Both the position numbers and the translations under genes were made by a program. Under the pieces are notes generated by a model that saw only the letters and a program-made list of their open reading frames with translations, ran no database searches and was not told the DNA's origin. 64,000 nt of DNA, taken from positions 1,613-65,612 of the IMG/VR virus record IMGVR_UViG_3300010885_051426; one strand, written 5' to 3'. Shown one piece after another: positions 48,439 to 57,848 of the stretch (positions within the stretch are counted from its first letter, which is position 1; every line of letters starts with the position of its first letter). The DNA is from a virus. Its lineage: Duplodnaviria > Caudoviricetes.

Positions 48439-49158
48439 TTAGAATTTAATACAAGCTAATAAAGAAATATTTCTAGGACGAGTTTCTGCTGCAGTGTTTA
48501 CTACACGACTGGCATCAAATGTAAAATCTATAGTGGACGCACCACCAGCATTGGAGTCACCAGAGCTTATCCCCACAGTACCTTGAATCGCTCCAGATGC
48601 AGTAAAATCTTGATTCAACCTGACACGAATCCGACCAAACGCACCCGTAATATTTTGCAAAGCATGTGCCTGGGCTGAGGCAAAACTGCGTCCACTATCT
48701 ACACCTCGACCATCATCCCAGCTTCGAAGAAATTCGCCTCTGAGATCTGGAACATTAAATGTAGTGGATCCATCACCTGAGCCAAAGGTTATTCCTATGC
48801 TGGTGAATAAACTAGCATAGGTTGTTCTGGACAATGCAGCACCATTGGCTTTGACCCAGCCAGAGGGAGCAGTACTGGCAGAGAACATCATAACAGTACC
48901 AGCTGTTATAGGATTAAACACTGCCAATGACGAACTTACTGTACTAATCTGTGTAGAAAGACTGCTGATCTGTGCTGTTATGCTGCTAACAGAAGCAATC
49001 AATGTTGTAAATGACGATGATGCTCCACCACTTAGTAGATCAATAGAACCTGATATAGTATTAATCTGCGCAACAACACTGCTAAAATTTTCATCTAACA
49101 GAGCCAGTCTGGCTGTGTCTTGACGTGTTCTAAACTGATTGGGTATTACATAGGTCAT
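48439..49158 (-). CDS. short tail fibre with tail-collar domain
   Basis: AGTVMMF..STAPSGWVKANG..LSRTTYASLF..IG..FG.GDGSTTFNVPDLRGEFLR; ETRPRN. Confidence 0.88.
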   Translation of the reverse strand: MTYVIPNQFRTRQDTARLALLDENFSSVVAQINTISGSIDLLSGGASSSFTTLIASVSSITAQISSLSTQISTVSSSLAVFNPITAGTVMMFSASTAPSGWVKANGAALSRTTYASLFTSIGITFGSGDGSTTFNVPDLRGEFLRSWDDGRGVDSGRSFASAQAHALQNITGAFGRIRVRLNQDFTASGAIQGTVGISSGDSNAGGASTIDFTFDASRVVNTAAETRPRNISLLACIKF

Positions 49159-49718
49159 GGTCCGGATATCCAGGTTATACTTGAATTTTCTATGTTATCA
49201 TTAAGCCAGATAACTTGTTCTGCATCTATATTTATCCAACGAACTTGAGTGACTTTAGGCACAAAAACTCTGCGAGTTAAATCTGTATAGTATAATAAAT
49301 TAGCCTTGCCCGTGTCCCAGTTGTTTAAAACTACTATGTTGTATATTTGTGTTTCACCACCAGCACTGGCTGTATAATAATAGGTTTTACTGATGGTGGG
49401 ATCAGGACTCCATTTATAAATTTCTAATATGCTGCTAAATGTATCTGCTGCATTAACTTTGTCTTCTATGGCCAGCCAGCTGCTGGTGGTAACATTAGTT
49501 CGGTCTTTGCTTAGATATACTATGGTATTAGAAGTAAATACTTCACTGTAATAGTTGTATATGGTGTTGCTGGTAACCGTAACACTGGTATTGAACATAT
49601 CAGTAGTTATGGTCACAGGAAAACTTGTACCAAAACTATTGGTGTAGCTAATACTATAGAAAAAATTTTCTAGTTCTAAATGAGTTCCTAAATTTGCATT
49701 ACTAGGTATAAATGGCAT
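49155..49718 (-). CDS. hypothetical baseplate-region protein
   Basis: 187-aa ORF coupled between gp5 and the collar fibre gene. Confidence 0.55.
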   Translation of the reverse strand: MPFIPSNANLGTHLELENFFYSISYTNSFGTSFPVTITTDMFNTSVTVTSNTIYNYYSEVFTSNTIVYLSKDRTNVTTSSWLAIEDKVNAADTFSSILEIYKWSPDPTISKTYYYTASAGGETQIYNIVVLNNWDTGKANLLYYTDLTRRVFVPKVTQVRWINIDAEQVIWLNDNIENSSITWISGP

Positions 49719-49719
49719 G

Positions 49720-52617
49720 TTAGGCGCTGGTCATGTCGACCAAATAGTTAGCAACCACCTGCCCATTTACCACAGTTACAACTTTGTCCGTGGCATCAAC
49801 GTCCCGATTACCTTCCTGTTTGTTTACAACCGTGATCCAAGGAGTTCCTGACCCCAGGGTAGTATATTCTAGTTTGATCTGATCATAGGCTACGTTGTCT
49901 CTGGCCCATTGAGCTATATTATAATATTCACCAGCATCTACACCCTTGAACTGAATATTAGCAGCCTGACCCAGATTAAATGGTGTTGCTGTATTAAGTT
50001 CTCGTTCTACTGCAGTTAAAACCCCAGGTCCTAATGATGCTGTTATACCTGTAAATAGTTTACCCAGAGGGCTGTCTGGATCCGAATTAATTAATTCACC
50101 AGCTACTGGTTTGAATGCATCACTTATGATCATGTTGGGATACTGTTCTTTGAGTGGATCCAGAACATTTACTGCCAGAGATTTTAGATTGGTTGCAATT
50201 TCGCCTATGCCCAGATTGCCCTGAGGACTCAGGAAGTTTTGCAGACCTACTTCCTGTACTCGACTACTTAGGTCACCAACATTGAAATATTTGCTCAGCT
50301 GCGCAACTGCAGGTATGTCAGTCCAGCTGGAAAATTCATTGACTACAGGTATGTTGCCCAGTAATTGTCTGGGCAGGCTCTTGTCAAAATTGGTAATATT
50401 GCCTGCTACAAATGAGTTGATTAGGTTGTTGCCCTGGTCTAGTAAATTACCAGGTAATAAATCACTGAGACTGCCACCAGTACCAAAAAGATTACCCAGT
50501 CCAGTTCCTGTGGCAGTCAGGCCTGAGGCTGAACCACCCAGTAATACTGCACCACCACCCAGACTATTTTCTGCTGAACTAGGCAGCTTGCTCAGCAGAC
50601 CTAACAAACCACCAGAACTACTGCCACTGCCCAGAATACCACTCAGCCCCTTGCCTATGGCATTTTGTGGATTGGCAATGTTTGTGGGTAATGGATTTAG
50701 ACCAGTTTGTGTAAAGGCATTGGTGGTTGAACCATAGATGTCGCTTAGGGCACCATTGCCCAAGCCTGTGTCTGCAGCTGATTGAGAATTGGCCGTGCCT
50801 GAATTTATGTTGACCGTGGCTGCATCCAGATCAAAGTCACCCTGTATTTCATGTTCTTCGTCGCCACTGACAGCATAGTTTAAATCTCCGCCTACGCGTG
50901 CATTTAAATAGTTGCCCGTGACTATGTTTAAATCCTGCTGAGCTTCAATGTTGATGTTTTTAGCCTTGATGTTAAAGGTTCCAGACACATTTAGGTCTGC
51001 ATCATTTTTAATATTAATGGTTGTCTTGCCCAGCACTTCAACATCCAGTGCATTTTTAACCAATAAAGTTTTAGCACCATCCACGGTTATGTCGTGATTT
51101 CCCATGACATACATGCGATTGTTGCGATTGTATATCTCGTAGTTTTCGCCTTTGACTTTATAAGAAACTGAACCTTCACGGTCTATTTCAACATAGGTTC
51201 CGGTTCTGTGATAAATGTGTATGCGTTCAGCATTGGGAGTATCATCCAGTTCTATGATGTGACCGCTTTCAGTTTCGCTTACATGATTGTAGGGATACTT
51301 GGCATTGAAAGCACTCTGTGGTTCGTTCCAGTTACCACCACTGGCATTGTTGGCAGTTGGTATGTTTTCACTGCGATTACGATCTTTTTCAGCCAACAAT
51401 GTAGTAGTCAATCCAGTATTATTTGTGGCTAGTTTGTTGGTATCGGCTCGGCCTGTATAATCACATGTTGGATACACACTGTTAGGATCACTGAATGCCG
51501 GTGGTTGGCCTAGTTTTACACTGTTTAATGAACCAGCCCAGTCTATTAGATTATTAAAAATATTTTTATTGCTTTTAACAGATGCAGCAACTACATTGTC
51601 AGCACTGGGTAATGTTGCATTGGAATTAATGGATCTGGCACCAACTTCCCACCAGGTTGAGGCCTGAGTGCCTACACCATCTGCAGTATTTTTACCCTGT
51701 TTTAAATCTCGAGCACCAGTCCAACCTGTGAGATGTGCTGCACCCAGGTAGCCTGCAACCTGATCTGCTGGCATTTCGGCTTCTATGACGCCCTTGCTGC
51801 GCAATATACTGTAATTACTAACAGTATTTTCATACATGGCTCGTTCTTGTGCATTGTTTTTATTCTGTTTAAAATCTTCTAGACTATATACACCACTTTT
51901 ACCAGTCCAATTTGCAGCATTGTTCATTTCAGCATTGGTTAAACTGCGAGCCGGAACTGGTGTTTTTAAATAGCCTATGGTTTGCAGTGCTTCGGCACCC
52001 ACCTGATATTTTCCAACATAACCAAAGCTGTTCACAGTACCATAATTTTGTGTGGTGCCAGTACTGGAACTTTCTTTAAACCCTATGGAATTCATATAGG
52101 ACTGTATGTTATCCTGAGACAATGGCGGCAGGGTCAAACTAATAGCATTGCTGCTGGTTGAGGTTGCATCCACGGGTTGGGGATTGTTGGGCAGGGCAAC
52201 ACCATTGGGATTCAGCACAACTCTATTGTTGGTGTCTCGTTGTGAATTAGTAGCATTGGATTCGGCCAGTGCCTGGGCCACACAGGCATTGCTGGTATTG
52301 GGTATACCACCAAAAGTACCTAAAATCAAGGGCTGCTGACAATCTGCTCCATCTGCAAAGAATCCAACTACCCAGGTGCCTTCCAGTGGCCCCAGAGGAG
52401 CATGACCTTTACCAGATATGGCAGCACTTAGTATGGGCTGCATGGGCAGAGCCCAGGGCAAATCATTGGTGGGCAATACTGCTTTGTTATCGTTATGATA
52501 ACCAGTTATGCGAACTCGTACGCGACCCAGTTTGAGTGGATCCATGCGATCTTCGACCACACCCACCCACCACCAAAATCCATCGCGGGCAAATAAATTA
52601 TCTATGCTGCTGCTCAT
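49720..52617 (-). CDS. gp5: baseplate hub spike gp5 (OB domain, lysozyme-fold domain, beta-helix, C-terminal M15A-like domain)
   Basis: WWVGVVEDRMDPLKLGRVRVR, YPYNHV.ETESGH.IELDDTP.AERIHIYHRTGT. Confidence 0.92.
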   Translation of the reverse strand: MSSSIDNLFARDGFWWWVGVVEDRMDPLKLGRVRVRITGYHNDNKAVLPTNDLPWALPMQPILSAAISGKGHAPLGPLEGTWVVGFFADGADCQQPLILGTFGGIPNTSNACVAQALAESNATNSQRDTNNRVVLNPNGVALPNNPQPVDATSTSSNAISLTLPPLSQDNIQSYMNSIGFKESSSTGTTQNYGTVNSFGYVGKYQVGAEALQTIGYLKTPVPARSLTNAEMNNAANWTGKSGVYSLEDFKQNKNNAQERAMYENTVSNYSILRSKGVIEAEMPADQVAGYLGAAHLTGWTGARDLKQGKNTADGVGTQASTWWEVGARSINSNATLPSADNVVAASVKSNKNIFNNLIDWAGSLNSVKLGQPPAFSDPNSVYPTCDYTGRADTNKLATNNTGLTTTLLAEKDRNRSENIPTANNASGGNWNEPQSAFNAKYPYNHVSETESGHIIELDDTPNAERIHIYHRTGTYVEIDREGSVSYKVKGENYEIYNRNNRMYVMGNHDITVDGAKTLLVKNALDVEVLGKTTINIKNDADLNVSGTFNIKAKNINIEAQQDLNIVTGNYLNARVGGDLNYAVSGDEEHEIQGDFDLDAATVNINSGTANSQSAADTGLGNGALSDIYGSTTNAFTQTGLNPLPTNIANPQNAIGKGLSGILGSGSSSGGLLGLLSKLPSSAENSLGGGAVLLGGSASGLTATGTGLGNLFGTGGSLSDLLPGNLLDQGNNLINSFVAGNITNFDKSLPRQLLGNIPVVNEFSSWTDIPAVAQLSKYFNVGDLSSRVQEVGLQNFLSPQGNLGIGEIATNLKSLAVNVLDPLKEQYPNMIISDAFKPVAGELINSDPDSPLGKLFTGITASLGPGVLTAVERELNTATPFNLGQAANIQFKGVDAGEYYNIAQWARDNVAYDQIKLEYTTLGSGTPWITVVNKQEGNRDVDATDKVVTVVNGQVVANYLVDMTSA

Positions 52618-53951
52618 TGTGTTTGATTCCCATTAAAACTATCCTTGACTAATTCTAAAACCATCATGTGTCTGGCCAGGTCCACCTTGTGTCTGATAGC
52701 TGTTACCAAATAAGTACCTGTAAAAATTTTATCATAATTAGGTTTATTTTTATCAGTGGCATCCAGAGGAGCTGATATAGGATAAACAAATCTTACCATG
52801 CTGCCAACTTCCATGTCTGTGCGACCTGGAACTGTAATTTCAATTTTAAAGTTGTTTAATTCATTCAAAGTGCTGGTTCGGCGTGGAACAATGTCAGGTG
52901 CTCGATCAGCTACATTGTCGCGGAATCCTGTGTATAAATCAAAATGCTGCAAAGCAATTTGTTGATGACCAGCTGGTGCTTTCAGAACATCATCGCGAAA
53001 TGGTGCCACTGGTGTTGATTCCATGTGTTCATATCCAGACCAATTGACTACGTGATCATAGTCATAAATTTCGTATTTTTTAGATATCACATCCAGTGTG
53101 AACAGACGGTTGGCCAGATATCCATTTAGACTATTTTTAAGTAGGTTAATGTTTTCTATGATTTTAAAATCACTGACAGTCTTGTACTGACGATCAACCT
53201 CACTGGTAAAAAAGGATTCATCATTTATGGTATGTCCTAGAGGAGCATAGACATAGGTCTGGGCCACTTTTTGAATGTCATGATAGGTTTTATAAATCTG
53301 TTCGGCATTGATAAAATAAAAATTTTTATTACTTTCAAAAAATAAATATCCAGGATTGTTAAATCCATCGCCTATGGCCTTGCTGGCCAACCAGTTTAGG
53401 CATTTAAGTGGACGCCAACCTGGACTGGTAAATTTAACCTGATTGGTAGTCTGTCCCAGTATGACTAATTTAGTATATTCAGAGTCGCCATTTCGACTGA
53501 CTGCAACATATTCTTCAAATATTTTTTTAACTACAGCATCTACCTTACCACTAAAAGTTTTGTAAATAGGACTCAGAGCATCTATCATGATTTCTGGACT
53601 GACAAAATGCATGATATAACTTTGTTTGGCTGTATCATTGGTGAGTATTTTGTCAGTAATGCTGTATACCTTGAAGGTTTTATAAATGACAGTATTTTCC
53701 ATGCTGGGTGTATAAAATTTAATGCGTACATATTCATCACCAATGATGCCATGCTGTTGTGCCAGATTGGCATTGTCAATGATTAATATGTTGCCGGCCA
53801 GACCGGTTCTAAACATGTCTTCGTAGAGGTTTAACTCACTAACAAACAGTCTAATGTCAATTTCTTCACCAGAGTTTGTAATCAAGGTAACTTCGTCTAG
53901 CTGTACATCACCGGCTGCATTAACGCCAGTGGTTAAATCAGTCTGAAGCAT
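52614..53951 (-). CDS. baseplate hub protein (gp27-like)
   Basis: LNLYEDMF...G.I.I.D, YLFFES, VPGRTDMEVGSMV, GTYLVTAIRH; immediately upstream of gp5. Confidence 0.75.
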   Translation of the reverse strand: MLQTDLTTGVNAAGDVQLDEVTLITNSGEEIDIRLFVSELNLYEDMFRTGLAGNILIIDNANLAQQHGIIGDEYVRIKFYTPSMENTVIYKTFKVYSITDKILTNDTAKQSYIMHFVSPEIMIDALSPIYKTFSGKVDAVVKKIFEEYVAVSRNGDSEYTKLVILGQTTNQVKFTSPGWRPLKCLNWLASKAIGDGFNNPGYLFFESNKNFYFINAEQIYKTYHDIQKVAQTYVYAPLGHTINDESFFTSEVDRQYKTVSDFKIIENINLLKNSLNGYLANRLFTLDVISKKYEIYDYDHVVNWSGYEHMESTPVAPFRDDVLKAPAGHQQIALQHFDLYTGFRDNVADRAPDIVPRRTSTLNELNNFKIEITVPGRTDMEVGSMVRFVYPISAPLDATDKNKPNYDKIFTGTYLVTAIRHKVDLARHMMVLELVKDSFNGNQTQ

Positions 53952-54684
53952 TGTTTAATATTCCTATGAAGCTTTCAATAAAACGAGGTACATACTGTGG
54001 TTTAACAACTTTAATGGTTCTGCGAGCTTCGTTGATGGCTTCTTCGTACTCGGTGTTGGTGATACGAGTAACTGTTGAACTATAACTATAATTATCTATC
54101 ATAACCTGACCAACCACAGGTGTAACTATGGGTAATCCTGCTATTGTTAGACTGGTATTAGAATTTACTGCTAATACTGAATAACTACTTGTAGTAGTTC
54201 CAAATCTAACACCAAAAGATGTACTTAGTACTTCAGTAGTAAATAATGTGTTAGTACCAATAACAGCAATGCTGGTAAAACTAGTACCAGCAGCTATGTT
54301 CACAGTACCAGTAAATACCTTGTAGTATACAGTATCGCCAGAACTATTTTCGTAATGATGCGCAGCATTAACTTTGTCTGCGCCATATTTGTCCTTGATA
54401 TATGCAGTTAATGCTGTTTTGGTCTGTACCCATTCAAATCTGGGATCCAGAGTTTCATTGGTAATTAATATGACCCAATGCAGATTAGAATCGCCATAGA
54501 GTTTATGAGCCACAATTTCTGGAGTTTCACCATCGGTCAGCTCATATTCATAATAGGCACTGCTGCCCAATATGCTGTTGACATCGGCTTTGACTCTGCG
54601 AAAAAAGTCAGTCATGGCAAAACTACTGACTCCCTGGTCCAGACTGTATTCAATCACAGGAAAATTTTCAAAATATTTACTCAT
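53938..54684 (-). CDS. gp53: baseplate wedge gp53 with inserted beta-module
   Basis: YFENFP.IEY, GETPEIVAHKLYGDSNLHWVIL, HHYE, EYEEAINEARRTI. Confidence 0.9.
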   Translation of the reverse strand: MSKYFENFPVIEYSLDQGVSSFAMTDFFRRVKADVNSILGSSAYYEYELTDGETPEIVAHKLYGDSNLHWVILITNETLDPRFEWVQTKTALTAYIKDKYGADKVNAAHHYENSSGDTVYYKVFTGTVNIAAGTSFTSIAVIGTNTLFTTEVLSTSFGVRFGTTTSSYSVLAVNSNTSLTIAGLPIVTPVVGQVMIDNYSYSSTVTRITNTEYEEAINEARRTIKVVKPQYVPRFIESFIGILNNASD

Positions 54685-54686
54685 GG

Positions 54687-55952
54687 TTAGAATCCTTCTT
54701 GGTCTATGCGTTCTTTAGTCAGGCGTTCTAGTTCTCTGAATTCAAGACTTAGATTAATTTCTGTTGGCATACCATCAGCAAAGGTATTCCAGGCCTGACC
54801 ACCATAGTCTACACTCATGCGTTCCAGCACACAGGTGCTGATTCTGTGCAGATTTTTATTTTCTCGACCATTGAAATAATAGGCTATATCAAAGGTGCTG
54901 GGATACACATAGAATAACTGACCTGCACTTACTTCAGGATGCATGTGTAGTTTAAATCTCTTGACGATGTTTTTTATAGCCTCGGCTTCGTTTGGGCTAC
55001 GCGGAAACAATTTATAATCAAAACGGAATGTACGATTTTCTACGTTGCGGAAAATTTGTTCTCTGAAAGGATTTGGTGCTAGTCCAGATCCAAACTGTAG
55101 TGCATCTGCCAGTGCAAAATCTGCACCCAGTACATTGGCTATGCCCTGAGGTAACTTGGCTGCAGTAAGAGCTAAAATTCTGGTTAAATCATTGCGGCGT
55201 TCGCCCTGTAATTGATCACTAAAACTACCTGTGCTCAGGGCACCTATGAATGTTCCCAGATCCTTACCATCATAATCAACACCATATTTAACACTGGGTT
55301 TTTCATTCACGGCCAGCATTATGGCATCACTGATGCGAAATGAACGATTAGGTGTAAACAAACCCAGGCTGGTATTTAACCAATCACCTACGTTGTAGCC
55401 TGCAACACCACCAACAGCGCCACCTGTTAGTTGTGAACCTATCTGTATGACCTTGCCAGTTAAACTACTTTGCCCTAGATTTTTTGTTACAATACCGGCA
55501 CCAGCAACACCAACAGCGGCACCCAGGCCAGCACCAAAGATCTTAACGGCTGAACCAGCAACATCTCTGCCACTTAAACTAGTGCCTACAGATTTAACTG
55601 CTACTTTATTTCCAGTGCCCTTGAATTTGCTTTTTTCTCGTACATTGATAAAAAACACCATGTAGTGAGGTAGGTCCGGAGCCGAGGCTGTTTTTTCAGG
55701 ATAGCGATGCAGACTTACGTTATAACGTAAACCGCCAGCTGAACCTGTATCTGGGCCAAAATATTCAGGCTGCAGATCGCGTGGTGATTTCTGATCAACT
55801 GTTCCTGTAGGTGTGCCTTTGAAATAGGACGTAGATCCAGGAACATTGGCTGTTGTTAATCCTGGTGTAGTACCGAATTTAACAGCATCCTGAGGTGATA
55901 CCATGCCACCATTAAAAAATGGATTGTTAGAGGGGGTGTCTGTTAAAGCCAT
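54687..55952 (-). CDS. gp48: baseplate tail tube cap gp48
   Basis: NPFREQIF.NV..RTFRFDYKLFPRS..EA, YPSTFDI, CVLERMSVDY, LEFRELE. Confidence 0.85.
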   Translation of the reverse strand: MALTDTPSNNPFFNGGMVSPQDAVKFGTTPGLTTANVPGSTSYFKGTPTGTVDQKSPRDLQPEYFGPDTGSAGGLRYNVSLHRYPEKTASAPDLPHYMVFFINVREKSKFKGTGNKVAVKSVGTSLSGRDVAGSAVKIFGAGLGAAVGVAGAGIVTKNLGQSSLTGKVIQIGSQLTGGAVGGVAGYNVGDWLNTSLGLFTPNRSFRISDAIMLAVNEKPSVKYGVDYDGKDLGTFIGALSTGSFSDQLQGERRNDLTRILALTAAKLPQGIANVLGADFALADALQFGSGLAPNPFREQIFRNVENRTFRFDYKLFPRSPNEAEAIKNIVKRFKLHMHPEVSAGQLFYVYPSTFDIAYYFNGRENKNLHRISTCVLERMSVDYGGQAWNTFADGMPTEINLSLEFRELERLTKERIDQEGF

Positions 55953-55962
55953 GTGCTGGTCC

Positions 55963-55996
55963 TATAAATAAGTAATACTATTAAGAATTATTTATC
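55963..55996. promoter_or_regulatory. paired late promoters for the divergent gp48 and gp4 transcripts
   Basis: TATAAATA on + (55963-55970) and GATAAATA on - (55989-55996). Confidence 0.65.
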
Positions 55997-56449
55997 ATGT
56001 ATTCTAATAATGTTTATAAAGGTCGTTACCGTGTTATTAATTATAAAAAATACACTGGTAATCCTAACAATGTAATTTATCGCAGTTTCTGGGAATTTAA
56101 ATTCATGAAATACTGTGATAACAATCCCAATGTGTTAGAATGGGGCAGCGAGGAAATCGTCATACCTTATTTATCACCGGTGGATGGTAAAGCACACAGA
56201 TACTTTGTAGATTTTTATATGAAAGTACAGGACAGTGCAGGTAAAGTATCTAGGTATCTTATAGAAATTAAACCAGCTAAATTTACACGACCACCCGAAA
56301 TACCCAAACGACGCACCCGACAGTTCGTGCAGGAAGTATTTCAGTATGGAGTTAATCAGGCCAAATGGAAGAGTGCACGAGAGTTTTGTGAGAATCGTGG
56401 CTGGAAATTTGAGATAATCACCGAAAAAGAACTAGGACTGGATAAATAA
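55997..56449 (+). CDS. gp4: head completion nuclease gp4
   Basis: KYTGNP..VIYRSFWE, WGSEE..IPY, HRYFVDF, IEIKP, VNQAKW. Confidence 0.93.
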   Translation: MYSNNVYKGRYRVINYKKYTGNPNNVIYRSFWEFKFMKYCDNNPNVLEWGSEEIVIPYLSPVDGKAHRYFVDFYMKVQDSAGKVSRYLIEIKPAKFTRPPEIPKRRTRQFVQEVFQYGVNQAKWKSAREFCENRGWKFEIITEKELGLDK

Positions 56450-56451
56450 AC

Positions 56452-57009
56452 ATGGCCACACCGTTCGAAGCACTCAGAGTTGATGCTGCCAGTACTCGTC
56501 GCAGTCAGCAATGGTATCAACAGCAGATAAAAAATCTCAAGGACGTGCAATCACGAACCAGTGCAGCCATTAGACAGGGCGATCAGAACATTGTTCCGGG
56601 TAATTTGTATCTGTTCAGATATGATCCCAAACACAAGGATACATTGCCTTATTATGATACCATGCCACTGGTGTTGCCCTTTGCCTGGGCTCAGGGTGGA
56701 TTTTTAGGTATCAATCTGCATTATTTGCCCTATGGGCTAAGATTTAAGCTCATGGGAGCTTTGCTGGAACTGGTAACAGATATTTCAGATCCCAAGAGCA
56801 GAGCCAGAGTAAGCTGGGCCATATTAAACAATACGGCTCGTTTCCCTGGAGTTGCACCCTGTGTTAAACATTATTTGGGTGCGCAGATTCGCAGTAAATT
56901 TTTAAACATACCCAACGATCAATGGGTGGCAGCAAGCATGATGCCACTGGAGCAGTTCAAGGGTGCTACAAAAGAGCGCGTGTTTACAGACAGTAGGAGA
57001 ATGGCCTAA
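56452..57009 (+). CDS. gp2: DNA end protector gp2
   Basis: YLFRYDPKHKDTLPYYDTMPLV, GINLHYLP, CVKHYL. Confidence 0.92.
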   Translation: MATPFEALRVDAASTRRSQQWYQQQIKNLKDVQSRTSAAIRQGDQNIVPGNLYLFRYDPKHKDTLPYYDTMPLVLPFAWAQGGFLGINLHYLPYGLRFKLMGALLELVTDISDPKSRARVSWAILNNTARFPGVAPCVKHYLGAQIRSKFLNIPNDQWVAASMMPLEQFKGATKERVFTDSRRMA

Positions 57010-57836
57010 TGGCTAGATTACCAGTAACACAAGTAACTGTTAAAACCACTAAAGTAAGTGGTGCAGCTAATTTTACTTTAAAAAACTTTTTAGCTGAAGT
57101 TCGTCGAGCTGGGCTGGCCAGACCAAACCGCTTTGAAATTCTTGTACAGCCACCTGGTGTGTTGTCTGGTACTGAAAGTCAGTTGGTTAGCCTCATGGCT
57201 GACGCTACATTGTTGCCTGGTAAACGAGTGTTAACTAGTCGTCAGCAACTATTTGGACCACCTGAATTTTTTCCTGTGGGGGTGGATTATGGTGGTGACT
57301 CTTTAAACATACAATTCATAGTAGATCGTGAACTACGAACAAAATTATTTTTTGATTCCTGGATGGAACAAGTAATATCACCTACACAGAGTAATAATCG
57401 TACCTGGCACGCTACCAGATACAGATCTGACTACATAGGTCGTATTGTGATTAATCAGTTAGACGAAAGTGATTCTGTAATGTACAGTGTTACTGTGTAT
57501 GATGTGTTTCCTGTGGCTATCAACCCCATGCAAATGGACAATAATATCACAGGAGCCGTACACAAGCTCAACGTATCATTTAACTATAGATACTGGGATA
57601 CCAATCAGATAGCACCCAATACACGAGCCAATAGTTCTATCTGGAATGATATATTTGGCATATTTGGATCTAAATCAATTAACAATCCTGGGTTGCCTAC
57701 ATTGCCTGTTGTAGATACCAATACCAATCAGAGTCAATTTATTTTAACGCCGCAGCAGCAGGCTCAGAATGTATTACAACCAGGATCTAATCCAGGCACG
57801 GGTTCACAGGGTGGTGAGTTCTTTTTAATTAAATAG
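57009..57836 (+). CDS. tail tube initiator (gp54-like, tube fold)
   Basis: GLARPNRFEI, FFDSWM, INQLD, VFPVAINP, VSFNYRYW. Confidence 0.75.
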   Translation: MARLPVTQVTVKTTKVSGAANFTLKNFLAEVRRAGLARPNRFEILVQPPGVLSGTESQLVSLMADATLLPGKRVLTSRQQLFGPPEFFPVGVDYGGDSLNIQFIVDRELRTKLFFDSWMEQVISPTQSNNRTWHATRYRSDYIGRIVINQLDESDSVMYSVTVYDVFPVAINPMQMDNNITGAVHKLNVSFNYRYWDTNQIAPNTRANSSIWNDIFGIFGSKSINNPGLPTLPVVDTNTNQSQFILTPQQQAQNVLQPGSNPGTGSQGGEFFLIK

Positions 57837-57848
57837 CAGGAGTAAATT

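Noticed and set aside
55997-56449. gp4 as a TnsA-like transposase or mobile element
   Set aside because: The nuclease fold and position next to gp2 and gp48 are standard for the T4 head-completion protein, and there are no element ends.
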